A DNA stretch of 64,000 nt from Octopus vulgaris (Eukaryota). The stretch lies in contig OX597824.1 of NCBI GenBank assembly GCA_951406725.2, positions 38,812,001 through 38,876,000 of the forward strand, in the 5' to 3' direction. The position numbers and the translations under genes were made by a program. The notes under the pieces were generated by a model. It was not told the DNA's origin, searched no databases, and saw only the letters and a list, made by a program, of their open reading frames with translations. Shown here one piece after another: positions 24,806-36,789 of the stretch; position 1 is the stretch's first letter; each line of letters begins with the position of its first letter.

Positions 24806-25103
24806 TGTGTGTGTGTCTGTGCGTATATATGTAAACAATATATATATTGTTTACATCATAACTCTCGAACTGTGGAATCTTGGAATGTCATTTTCTGTAG
24901 CCTCATGTCGATCCATACCTAGTTAATAAAGGTGGGTAAACGAAAACTGTTTAGAGCCTCACCAAGCAGATTGCATCCGTAATTTGAAATTGTACAGTCT
25001 TGTCTAATATTGTATCACACTGCTTCTGGTTGAGAATTTCGTTAAGTGTACACACAGTCGGCCAGTAATACTTTAATTCAGAAGCAGAAACGACAGAGGC
25101 ACG

Positions 25104-25231
<128 letters not shown>

Positions 25232-28200
25232 TAAGTGCTACCTTTTCTCATAATCATCTACGTCTTTTGATGTTCTGTTACCTCGGTATCCATACTTCAT
25301 CTTTACGTCTAAATGGATTTCACCAAATATCCTCCCACTTGAACATCCAGTCTCTGCACTTAAAAACAATTATTGTATTGATGTTAATTATTTCGTCATT
25401 AAGCAGTTTCATTTGTTCAATATTCAAGGCCTTTCAAGTACAATGATGGCCGTCCATCTAAGATCTTTGTCATCCTTTGTTTTCCTTTGGAAAGTTCTAT
25501 CCATAACAAACCTAGTCTTCTAAATTGAGTACGCAGTTTCGGATGCCTAGAGTGTACTTCGCTCTTTTGAAACCATTCAGACTATCCGTGTGCAAACTTC
25601 ATATCGGATATGCACTTCTTGATTGACAGAAATTTCGAAAATATAATATAATGAAGACATGGAAATCTTTCAACAGCACGAAAATACTGGCATCATATAT
25701 TATGAAAATTTAGACTGTTTCAGTCGTGCAAAGGTACCATCATCACAAATAATAAACATTGTATTTTATTGGTAGCACGAGGATGCAATCATAATGCATA
25801 TTAAGATGTAAAATTATTCAACGGCATGAAGACAGTAACATCATGTATATCAAGAACTAGATTATTTTAACAAAACACAAGTACTATCACCATGGAAAAT
25901 AAAAACATGATTCTTTTCACAGCACCAAGAAACAATCACCAAGTATTTTATGATGTAGATTCTTTTAACAGCTTGAAAACACAATTGGCATAGATTGTTG
26001 TTATGTTGTTGATGATAGTGTAGTCATTATATATAGTCACAGATGATCTCTGATTGAGGACACCAGTCGTACACAGGTTAGCCGGGTAAACGATAAGACG
26101 CAAACCTCACATTTCTTCTGAAATATACCGTTCTTCCGAATGAGCAACAGAGAGATGATGTAAATGTTAAACTTCACACTCCTGTGTGACATCACGTTTA
26201 GAAAATCGCCAAAACTTTTTCACACAGATTAAGTTTTCTCTGCTAGAATGTGCTTCAGTTTGCTGCAACCGTCTACTAGATGTAGATGCTATGGGTAGAA
26301 AATTGTCCTCAGATGAAACCCAGCTGCCTGATAAGACGACAGTCCAAACACTTGGTTAACATTGCGACACAACCCAAGATCCTCTTCTTATCCAATTCAT
26401 AGCTGTGCTCCGCTGAACCAGAAGTCTACCCGCTGTCACTGACATTTTCTCGATTACTAACGACTTAATGATTAGCTGAAACTCTATAACTCCTCCTTCT
26501 TTCTTCACCAAAACACATCGATATCACCAGTTTGGGTGGGCCTGAAAGGCTCTTAAGCAACCCTCCCACAACCTTTTTCAGCAATAATTCTCTTCTCCCA
26601 ATCTATAAAAGAATCCATTGTTAAGTAGATGTCTTATTCAGCTAAGAGAGATGAGAAGTTCGCGTCTTATTGCTGACCAAGCTAACCTGTGTGCTAGAGG
26701 TGTACACAGTGAGAGATCATCCAAAGCTATATATAATAACAACAACAATAACAATATCATCAACAGCACAATAGAAAAGTATCATTAGATTTCAAGTTCA
26801 ATTCCTGACTGCATTCGTCTTTGCTATCCATTCTTACCCAGGTCAATTAAATATCCAAGGTCAAACAAAAACTGAGATCAATCAAATAGACCTCATTACC
26901 ATATACGGTAGTGGGACGTTATTACTGTTATCTAGCCCCAGGTCAACTCTGAGTGTGTACTAACGTCATTATCAAAGATGTTCCAACCGTGACATGACAT
27001 GCTGTCATGCAATGTACACCGAAATATATTTCCCAGTCTGTCCGTTCTTATTTATTTATCATTTTTTTTTCATGAGGATATCTGGGTCTAATTTGAGGGA
27101 TATTTAACTGTTATATCTGGCAACAAGCGAGCGAGCAGCCATATAAATAGACGCTCCATCCTTCGTTGTCTCAGGCCCCCGTTTCTACATAAGGTATATG
27201 CTTCCCCAGCTCTATTCTTTAGTCTTCAACAAGAAAGTGTCACGGTGATAAGCGATACAAAACATTTAGTGTCTACTGTAATGTGATCTGGATCACTGAC
27301 AGTCGTTTATTTATTTCTATTTACTCCTTAGTTCTTATCTTTCCTGTCTTTTCTGTTTTTTCTTTCTTTTTTTTTTCTTTTCCATCCTTTCTTTTTTATT
27401 CCTTTTTAAACAACACTTGACAAACATTGCACGAAAATTGATGGGAATTTATCCAAATTGACGTTATATATTAACGGAGGAAAGTGGGTTGTGGTGGTAG
27501 AAGTGGAGACGGCAGCGGCGGTGGTGGTGATGACGGTGGTGATAACGGTGGTGGTGGTGATGATGGTGGTGGTGGTAGAGATGGAGGTGGTGGTAGAGAT
27601 GGAGGCGGTGGTGGTGCTGTTAGTATGGATGTTGTTGGTGGTTGTGGTCGTCGTGATAGCTGTAGTGATGGCAGTGGTAGTCGCTGTAGTGATGTGGTAG
27701 TGGTAACGGTAGTGGTGGTGGTGGTGGTGGTGGTAATGGTGGTGGCTGTAGTGGCGGTACTGATAGTGCTGGTGATGTGTTCTTGGCAGTGGTAGTGATG
27801 GATGTGGTGGTGGTGGTGGTAGTAATGGTTGTTGTTGTGGTGGTAGTGGTGGAATGGTGATCGAAGAGGTGATGGTGGTAGTGGTCGTCGTCGTAGCGGT
27901 GATTATAGTCGTGTTAGTGGCGGTGATAACGGTAGTGGTGATGATGGCTGAAGTGGAAGATTGCGGTAGAGGCTGATCAACGTACTGGTGACAATGATGG
28001 TGATGGTGGAAAGGAAATACCCACCTTCCATTTGTTGCCTATACCTCACACCATCTTCCCACACCCGATTACTGTTATTCTCCCATACTCCTCTACCTAT
28101 ACCCACCTCTCCACTCTTATAATAATATTCATTTGATTGAGACTAACGTTTCGTGCAGTGTTTTGTTAAGTGAACAAACTATACAATGTTGCGCCAATAC

Positions 28201-28295
28201 CCTCCATCTTCGCTCCCGCCTCCACTACCTTATTTATCTATCTGTCTCTTTGTCTATCGGTCTGTCTGTCTGTTTATCTATCTATCTATCTATCT

Positions 28296-28633
28296 GCAGA
28301 GAGTTGCTTATTTGCAAAAAAAAAAAGAAATATAACATGTGACTTCATTGACCGAGGTTACCGTGGTCTTTACCGTAGGCTTTTCTTTCCACGAGTAAAC
28401 CTCACCTGTCCTCCCCTTTACACTTCATATTGACATTTCTGTGATAACGATACCTATTGATCAATTCCCCCCTTTTTTTAAATGTTTTATCCCCCCCCTT
28501 TTTGTCCTCTTTCTTTCCTTTTACGATCCCTTTTGATCGAAAACCAAACCCCACTTTTTTTACCCCCAAAAGAAAAGCTCTACCTTGTAATTTGTCCTGT
28601 CTGTGTGCAGCCCTGTGTGGCTAATAAAGAAAC
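28296..28633 (+). mobile_element. Non-LTR retroelement 3' end embedded in (TATC)n
   Basis: Ends ...gaaaagctctaccttgtaa..ttgtcc..ctgtgtgcagccctgtgtggctAATAAAgaaac followed by (TATC)n. A second copy lies at 31176-31326. Confidence 0.7.
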
Positions 28634-28634
28634 A

Positions 28635-28716
<82 letters not shown>

Positions 28717-29517
28717 CCTATCTAACTATCTATCTATCTATATATATATATGTCTGTCTGTCTGTCTGTCTGTCTATCCATCTGTCTATCCATGTCTTCG
28801 TCCGTCTGTCAATCTATCTACTTTACTCTCTTTACTCCATCCGCTTCAATTCTATCACAATTTCTTCCACACAGATCGATTATTAAACTGTGAACCAATA
28901 TTATGTCCCCCAAAATCTCCCTCAAGGCTCACACCCTGAAGAAATCATGATATATTAGACAAGAGTCATCGACATATATAGTGGGAGAAAAAGGTTGAGA
29001 TAGTTACGGTTGGAAGTCTTTGATCAGAGTTCTACCCTATTTGAAGCGAAGCAACAGAAACTATAACAATAGCCATCCCCCTCATTACTATCGCCGCCAT
29101 CACCACCACTACAACTACTACCGACACCACCACCACCACTACCATCACCATCTCTAGCACTACAATCACCCCGATCTCCTTCTCTCTTACACTTCCATTG
29201 TTACAGGTAATTTGCTTATTAAACTGTGATAACAGCCACTCCACCTCACCGAACACCCTACTATCTACCCCTATCCTCCACCCCTTTTATTATTTTCTTT
29301 TTTGTTGTTGTTGTTGTTGTTATTTTTGACATGTTCAGCAATGTTATGATAGTAGGTTAGTTACCCCTAATAGTTTCTTGCCCTCCCTACTCTTCCACCT
29401 GTTTCTGCCCACCCGTTTCTTCGTCTTCAAATGTATCCACCACCACTACACAATTCAAAGTATCACTCAATATCTCTCTCTTTCTCTCACTCTCTGTCTT
29501 TACACTGTTCTTTTACG

Positions 29518-29579
<62 letters not shown>

Positions 29580-29619
29580 ATATATATGTATGTATATATG
29601 TATGTATATATATATATAC

Positions 29620-29670
<51 letters not shown>

Positions 29671-29715
29671 TAGCAATAATAATTCTCTAAAAGGGATATA
29701 GACAGTAACTGCTCG

Positions 29716-29962
29716 ATAACATAAGGGACTAAAGCCATCTGAATATGGCTAGGGACAGGGCAGGGTGGTGGGGGTGTTACTGTTGCATTTAGCCCCAGGC
29801 GAACATCGACGTCACCAGAAAGGCTCGACCAGGTTTAGGGCACCGTGACGGTGTCGAGCCTTTCTGGTGACGTCGATGTTCGCCTGGGGCTAAATGCAAC
29901 AGTAACACCCCCACCACCCTGCCCTGTCCCTAGCCATATTCAGATGGCTTTAGTCCCTTATG

Positions 29963-29966
<4 letters not shown>
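29716..29966. repeat. Perfect 114-bp inverted repeat with 23-bp spacer
   Basis: 29716-29829 is the reverse complement of 29853-29966 with no mismatch found by eye. It abuts (TA)n. Confidence 0.9.
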
Positions 29967-30000
<34 letters not shown>

Positions 30001-31077
30001 ATGTTTTCCTCTTCTGTATCTCTTTCCTCTATACCACTGTATATTTGTCTCTCTCGCTCGTCGTTTATTTTCTCTAGTTTTTTCTATCTACACCATCACC
30101 ACCACAACCACTACCACCACAACCACCACCACCACCACCACCACCACCACCACCACCACCACCACCACCACCACCACCACCACCACCACCACCGCCACCA
30201 CCGCCACCAGCGTTATCTCTCCTATCTCTGACTCTCAGCATTTTTTCTTACCCTCCCCTATCTGAAGCACCCCCCCGTCCACTATTCATACCCATGTACC
30301 TACAAACCTACCTACCTACCTATCTACCCCAGCTTAATATAAACTACCCGAGATTGATTAAAGACATCCATGTTTCATTTTGGCGATAAATAAATAGATA
30401 AAGGAGGTAAAAAAAGAAGAATGAATAGATGAATAAATGAATAAAACATATATAAAAATACAAAAGTAGCTAAAATAAATCAAAGCCTTTACAATAGTTG
30501 TTGTTGTTGCTCTTGTTCTCGTTAATCGCTTTGTTGTTGATGTTTGTATTGCTGTCATTGGTACAAGTTGCCAGAACTATGTTTTGTTTGTGTTGTTATT
30601 GTAGTTGTTTTTTACTATTTTTTAAATTGTTGTTTTTGTTTAAACATTGTTATTAATTTGTTGTTGTTGTTGTTGTTATTGATGATGATACTAATATTGT
30701 CGCTATTGTAGCTTTTATTGGTGCACCGTGATTGCTTTTGTTGTTATTGTTGTCCACGAAATTGTTACTAGTTTACTTACAGTTCTTACCATTGCTTATA
30801 CTGTTATATTTTTTTCTCATGCTTTGCATTGTAAATGATATCTCTATGTTAAAGTAGTTGTTATTGTTGTTGTTCAGCCGTAGGTAAGCCCTAATAATAG
30901 ACCTGACTTGTGGTCAAAGGCGTTCAAAGCTGTGACCACTCATAAAATAAAAATTTATCCAAGACAAATTTATCTCATGGCAAACACACTCACGTTCAAT
31001 ATACAAGTGTAAATATATCATTTTATTTTAGCCGTTCGATGAGTGTAAACGACAAAATTCTAGGACTTTGAATCACT

Positions 31078-31174
<97 letters not shown>

Positions 31175-31175
31175 T

Positions 31176-31326
31176 TAAAAAACAATTTTTTTGTTCTTTT
31201 TTACCCTTTTACGATCCCTTTTGATCGAAAACCTACGCCACCTTTTTTTTTTCATCCCCCAAAAGAAAAGCTCTACCTTGTAACTTGTCCCATCTGTGTG
31301 CAGCCCTGTGTGGCCAATAAAGAAAC
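31176..31326 (+). mobile_element. Second copy of the (TATC)n-associated retroelement 3' end
   Basis: cttttacgatcccttttgatcgaaaacc..aaaagctctaccttgtaa..cagccctgtgtggccAATAAAgaaac, with TATC repeats on both sides. Confidence 0.75.
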
Positions 31327-31375
31327 AAATCTATCTATCTAGCCAGCTAGCTAGCTATCTAGAGATGGATGGATG

Positions 31376-31441
<66 letters not shown>

Positions 31442-31446
31442 CAGAC

Positions 31447-31582
<136 letters not shown>

Positions 31583-31837
31583 TGGGCAAAGCATTAGGTA
31601 CTAGAAAATGAACATTAAATGAACCTCAACATTTAATGGGGCTTTCAATATTGTGTTTTAATTTTTCAAAGATACAGTATGACGTTTTTTTTTATTATGC
31701 TCATACTTCTAATTGGGTTTATTATTTAATTTCTGTAATATTTTACATTTTAGAGAAGTGTTAATTAACTACAAACAATGAAAATAAAACTTGTGATTTA
31801 AAAATTGTTTGTTTATTTTTGTCCGAGAGACAAATGG

Positions 31838-32038
31838 GGTTGGTGTATGTATTAGTATGTATTAGTATGTATTAGTACGTATTAGTATGTATAAGTGTGT
31901 GTGTGTGTGTATGAGTGAGTATAAGTGCGTATGCGGGGTCTGGACGTGTGTATGTATAGGGTTGGTGTATGTATTAGTATGTATTAGTATGTATTAGTAC
32001 GTATTAGTATGTATTAATTGGTGTATGTATTAGTATGG
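31838..32038. repeat. 10-bp (TATGTATTAG)n minisatellite in duplicated blocks at the PLE 3' flank
   Basis: ggttggtgtatgtattagtatgtattagtatgtattagtacgtattag occurs twice. Confidence 0.85.
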
Positions 32039-32042
32039 CACA

Positions 32043-33557
32043 TCATATATGATGTGATGTGTAACGTCGTGTGGTGCAGTGAGGAGAAGAGGGGAGGGGG
32101 AGAAGGGGGGGGGAAGAAGAGGGGAGAAGAAGGGGAGGGGAAGAAATGGGGGAGGAGAGGGGGAAGAGGAGAGGATGGGGGAGAGAGAGGAGGGGGAGAA
32201 AGAAGGGGAGGAGGGGGAGGAAGGAGGAAAGAGGGATAGGGGGAGAGAGAGAAGGGGAGAGAGGGAGTGAGGGAGCAGAGGGAAGGGGAAGAGGGAAGGA
32301 GGGAGGGAGAAAGAGGGAAGAAGGGAAGGGGAGTAGGGGTGAAAGGATAAGGACTGAAGAAGTAGGGGTCGGGGGGAAAGGATATGTGAGGAGGGGGGAA
32401 AGGGGGGTTAGGTGAGGAGGGGGAGAGTTGAGACCAAATGGCGTATAAGAGCGAAGAGAGAAGATTAATTCCTGTTCACGGCGCAAACGGGAATCCGGAT
32501 GGCCTCTGTGTAAGGACAAACCGAACACAGATAGGTGTTGCAAGGAGTGACCGGTGGAGTGGAAATGGCGTGAGACCGGTGTGTCGTTCGCAAGGTGGAT
32601 GTCACGAAGGTGTTCCGCGAACCGGTCAGCCAAGCGGCGTCCCGTTTGTCCGATGTACAAGGAATTGCAGAGAGAGCAAGAGATGCAATAGATAATATTG
32701 CTGGAGGTGCAGGTGAAGGAGTGGATGATGGGATAGGGTCGATGGTGGGTGCTAGTGAGGCGGGTGGTGTTGGAGAGGTAAGGGCAAGTGCGGCAACGTG
32801 GGCGGGAGCAGGGGAACGAGCCGGGTTGGGAGGTAGGGTCAGGGAAGGAGCTATGGACCAAAAGGTCTCGAAGGTTGTGGGCTCGTTTGAAAGAGGGGAG
32901 GGGTCGGTTAGGGAAGAGGTGTGAAGTGGACGGGTCGGACTGGAGATGACGGAAAGCTCGAAGAATGGTGCGTTGGAGACGTAGGGTCGTGGGGTGGTAA
33001 GTGAGGGGAAAAGGGAGGCGGGAGACTACAGGGCGGGTTCGGGGAGAGAGAGCAGATACACGGTCCACGGACCGTGCTCTGGCAAGGGCGGTGTGGATAG
33101 TGGTGAGGGGGTATCCACGTAGGGTGAAATGGTGAGCCATACGTTGAGACTGAGTCTCAAAGTCATGGTCGTCACTACAGAGCCTACGTAGACGGAGGAA
33201 TTGGGAATAGGGGATGGAAAGCTTGGTGTGTTCTGGGTGGGAGGAAGAGAAGTTGAGGTATGAGTGTGAGTCTGTGTGTTTGTAGTGAATGGAGGTGGTA
33301 AGAGTGGAGTGAAGAATGCTAACCGAAATGTCGAGGAAGGAGACAGAGGTGTTGGAGATAGTGGAAGTGAAGTGGAGGGCTGGTTGGAAAGATTGGACGA
33401 AAGAGAGGAAGGAATCTAGATGTTCGCGGGAGAGTGAGGTGGCACCGATAATGTCGTCCATGTAACGACCATATAGTTCAGGAGTGGCACCAGTGAAATT
33501 AGAGAATATTTGGGCCTCAACATAGCCAACGAACAGGTTCGCATAGTTGGGGCCCAT
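32043..33557 (-). CDS. PLE RT C-terminal half, thumb and GIY-YIG endonuclease
   Basis: MGPNYANLFVGYVE, RYMDDI (catalytic), FLDISV, YKHTDSHSYL..SSHP, SIPYSQFLRLRRLCS, CSRPRCRTC, NIIYCISC..C..LYIGQTGRRLADRFAEH..VSRHF..H..E..GLN. It reads through into low-complexity sequence below ~32420. Confidence 0.9.
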   Translation of the reverse strand: MGPNYANLFVGYVEAQIFSNFTGATPELYGRYMDDIIGATSLSREHLDSFLSFVQSFQPALHFTSTISNTSVSFLDISVSILHSTLTTSIHYKHTDSHSYLNFSSSHPEHTKLSIPYSQFLRLRRLCSDDHDFETQSQRMAHHFTLRGYPLTTIHTALARARSVDRVSALSPRTRPVVSRLPFPLTYHPTTLRLQRTILRAFRHLQSDPSTSHLFPNRPLPSFKRAHNLRDLLVHSSFPDPTSQPGSFPCSRPRCRTCPYLSNTTRLTSTHHRPYPIIHSFTCTSSNIIYCISCSLCNSLYIGQTGRRLADRFAEHLRDIHLANDTPVSRHFHSTGHSLQHLSVFGLSLHRGHPDSRLRREQELIFSLRSYTPFGLNSPPPHLTPLSPLLTYPFPPTPTSSVLILSPLLPFPSSLFLPPSFPLPLPSAPSLPLSPSLSPPIPLSSFLPLLPFFLPLLSLPHPLLFPLSSPISSPPLLLPSSSPPLLPLPSSPHCTTRRYTSHHI

Positions 33558-34461
33558 TCGCGTTCCCCATGGCCACTCCCGAGACCTGATGGTAGAACTC
33601 GCCCGCGAACGAGAAGCAGTTCAGAGTAAGGACAAGTTCGGCCAGACGAATGAGTGTGGAGGTGTCAGGTACAGGGTTAGAGCGGAGGCCAAGAAAGTGT
33701 CGAAGGGCCTGCAGTCCTTCGTGGTGGGGGATAACAGTATAGAGGCTTTGGATGTCCATAGTAAAAAGGATTTTGGAGGAGCCGGGAGGAAAGGAGAAAG
33801 AGTTGAAAAGCCGGAGAGCATGGTTGGTATCGTGGATGTGGGAGGGAAGAGATGCCACTAGGGGGGCAAGGACACGGTCGAGGTATTTAGAGATGAGCTC
33901 CGTGGGGCAGTTACAGGCGGAGACGATGGGGCGGCCAGGGTTGTTGGGTTTGTGGATTTTGGGGAGGAAGTAAATGGTGGGGGTATGTGGTGTTCGCACA
34001 ATTAGGTTGGATGCGGTGCGGGGGAGACGGGAGGACGAGATGAGGTCGTGGACAGTAGAGGATACCGTCTGTTGGTAGCTACGTGTGGGGTTAGAGGGCA
34101 GAGGGGAATAGAAGGAGGTGTCATTGAGTTGGCGGAAAGCCTCGGCCCTATAGAGGTCCGCGCGCCACACCACTACAGCTCCACCCTTGTCAGCCGGTTT
34201 GATGATAATGTCAGCGCGCCGTTGGAGGGAACGAAGAGCCAAGAGCTCAGCCGGGGAGATGTTGAGGCGGCGTTGGCGCCTGGAGAAGTTGAACCGCTCC
34301 AATGCACGCTGACAAGCGCCCGCGAAAAGATCCACTGCTAGGATCTGGCCAGGGGCAGGCGTCCACGGGGATGGTCGGCGGCCCAGGCCAGTGAAGCAGT
34401 CCTCTTCGTTGGGTGTGGGTGGCGAGTCGTGGTAATGCGCACCCAACCGGACACGGCGCAC
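33517..34461 (-). CDS. PLE reverse transcriptase N-terminal half
   Basis: IIIKPADKGGAVVVW, YFLPKIHKPNNPGRPIVS, LFTMDIQSLYTVIPH, ELVLTLNCFSF.GEFYHQVSGVAMG. Frameshift at ~33560. Confidence 0.9.
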   Translation of the reverse strand: MRRVRLGAHYHDSPPTPNEEDCFTGLGRRPSPWTPAPGQILAVDLFAGACQRALERFNFSRRQRRLNISPAELLALRSLQRRADIIIKPADKGGAVVVWRADLYRAEAFRQLNDTSFYSPLPSNPTRSYQQTVSSTVHDLISSSRLPRTASNLIVRTPHTPTIYFLPKIHKPNNPGRPIVSACNCPTELISKYLDRVLAPLVASLPSHIHDTNHALRLFNSFSFPPGSSKILFTMDIQSLYTVIPHHEGLQALRHFLGLRSNPVPDTSTLIRLAELVLTLNCFSFAGEFYHQVSGVAMGNANGPQLCEPVRWLC

Positions 34462-35311
34462 AAAGCTGTGGACATCAACTCGCGTCTGGAATTCCTTACA
34501 GGATGGAGTGAGGGGGATGAAACGCAGACCCCTACCAAGGACGGAGCGTTCAGCCGCAGAGAGGGGAAGATCGGGGGGAATGGTAACAACAGACGGAAGT
34601 GGAGAAGGGGTGGGTGGAATAGAAGTAGGAGGGGTGGTAGGTTTCGTGGAGGTCTGAGGGGGAGGGATTGGGGAGGTGTGTGGGGGTGGTTGGGCGGGGC
34701 AGTAGGGTTAGGTGTAGGTGGATGGAGCCTATCGGGAGGGGAGAAGGGGTTGTAGGGAGGGGCAGTGGGGTTAGGTGTGGGTGGATGGAGCCTATCGGGA
34801 GGGGAGAAGGGTGGTGGAGGAGTTGGGGTAGTGGCGTCGGGTAGGGTGGAATGGAAGAGTGATTGGAGTTTACGAAGTTTGGTATCAGAAAGAAATTGAT
34901 GGAAGAGTTGATTCAAATGGATAATGAAGCGTAGCGTGTTGGAGCATAGAGAGGCGGCAGAGAGGAGAAGAAGGTGGAGAAAGCAGGAGGAAGAAGGCGG
35001 TTGATGGCATGTAGTTTGGAGAGATTGGAGCGAATGGTGGCCCGCATAAGGCGGTAAGATGTGGTGCGGAGTATGGGTAAGATGGAAGAATCCGAGTGGA
35101 GAGCAGGGTGGAAGTGGAGGCGGAAACCTTTAGGGATGAGTCGGTGATGTAGGCAGCGGCTTAGGAAAGAGACATGGCTAGAGAAGCGGGTTTTTTTAAA
35201 AAGAAGTAGAGAGAGATTAACGGACGGCTGAAGGCAATATACAGGAAGGGAAAGGAGATGATCCTTCAAACGGTGATGGAGGGTGAGGAGGTAGGACCTA
35301 GGATCCGGCAT
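34462..35311 (-). pseudogene. PLE N-terminal domain and Pro-rich linker (two frameshifts)
   Basis: MPDPRSY...HVSFLSRCLHHRLIPKGFRL (PLE N-terminal motif), KLRKLQSL, and duplicated PFSPPDRLHPPTPNPTAPP. Confidence 0.7.
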
Positions 35312-35648
35312 GATGGGATAGCGGAAAAAAAACGTTCGAAAAAACAAAAAAACAAAAAACAAAAATTATCGTATGAAAAAAATAGAAAAAAAAGGATAGC
35401 GAAAAAAGGGGAAAAAACAAACGTTCAAAAAAAAAACCGTTCAAAAAAAACCAAAAAAAAAATAAATAATAAAAAAAATTTAAAAAATAATAATAATAAA
35501 AAAAAATAATAATAATCGTATGAAAAAACTAGATAAGTAAGCGATAGGGGCAGAAAAGACGGGGCAAACGGAAAAGGGAAAGAAAGAAGGGAAGCAGAGA
35601 GAGGGGGAGGCAAAAAGGGGGGTGCATATATATATTAGTAGATATGTA

Positions 35649-35762
<114 letters not shown>

Positions 35763-35792
35763 TAGATAGATGGATATCTATCTATCTATCTA

Positions 35793-35888
<96 letters not shown>

Positions 35889-36019
35889 TTCAGTAAAAAT
35901 TTAGATTTAGTTCAATATGGGACTTAAGTTAAAGGCACCAGTGTTTGGTATGGTATTATCCATATAATTCAAAATGAGGTGATTATAATCGAAATAAGCA
36001 ACAAGGACATCCAAAGGTA

Positions 36020-36108
36020 ATGCAGTACGATCGTTTCATGCGACTTAATTTAATTAAACAATGCAAGTATTACATCAGTTTTAAATGTAGAGCAATCTTC
36101 AGCTGCAT
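36020..36108 (-). ncRNA. Type I hammerhead ribozyme motif with long stem II insertion
   Basis: Minus strand: atgcag CTGAAGA ttgc ...~50 nt... gcat GAAA cgatcg TA ctgcat. 6-bp stem I, palindromic ACGATCGT stem III, GUA triplet. Confidence 0.75.
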
Positions 36109-36281
36109 ATAAATATAGAATTTAGTTAAATTGAAAAGATTCATTTTTATATTTATTCCATTTACCAACATCACAAAGAGGGTAAGTAGGTAGACAGAGA
36201 AACAAGTTTCATCAACAGAAACATGGTAGTAATTAATAATTAATATGTTTTTATGGAGACACTACTTATCACTGATTTTAC

Positions 36282-36329
36282 TTTGCTATTTAGATTTACT
36301 ATTGGTAAATAGTAAATCTAAATAGCAAA
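36282..36329. repeat. 22-bp perfect inverted repeat with 4-nt spacer
   Basis: tttgctatttagatttactatt ggta aatagtaaatctaaatagcaaa. Confidence 0.9.
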
Positions 36330-36351
36330 ATAGTAATTCTAAATATATATA

Positions 36352-36412
<61 letters not shown>

Positions 36413-36733
36413 GTTTACATTCATATGAAAGAAGGAGAAGAAAAAGAAAATGGAGGTTGAGAAGTTCATAATTGTTTATTATTTACAACAAATTATGTAT
36501 CATACCTTACAGCTGTTTCGATTCAAACGCAGTGAATTAATCAAATTCCTATGCCCCGAGAATAGTATCTTCTGTGAGAGAAAAATATATCCTTGGATGT
36601 TTTATATAAAATTGAATTTGATATTTAATTAATTCACTGAGCAATAAGGGATGATGTTTGATTTGTTGTTAATAATAAACAATCAACTTCCCAATTACCA
36701 TTTTCTTTTTCTTTCTCGTCTTTTATATGTATA

Positions 36734-36789
<56 letters not shown>

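Larger units (their letters stand above)
32043..35630 (-). mobile_element. Penelope-like retroelement (Neptune-like), near complete, frameshifted
   Basis: Four abutting or overlapping ORFs reconstruct one PLE polyprotein: N-terminal domain, Pro-rich linker, RT, Cys-rich linker and GIY-YIG. The block is visibly GC-richer than its flanks. Confidence 0.92.

Noticed and set aside
25240-25540. Possible decayed RT fragment on the minus strand
   Set aside because: No convincing motif could be read.
26328-26356. CTGATAA gac-gaca-gtc CAAA hammerhead-like string
   Set aside because: Two core mismatches and no stem I.
27458-28010. Gly/Val-rich ORFs suggesting a structural protein
   Set aside because: Degenerate (GGT)n repeat open in several frames, with no splice or domain evidence.
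32438-34755. Plus-strand ORFs over the PLE
   Set aside because: Antisense shadows of a GC-rich coding region.
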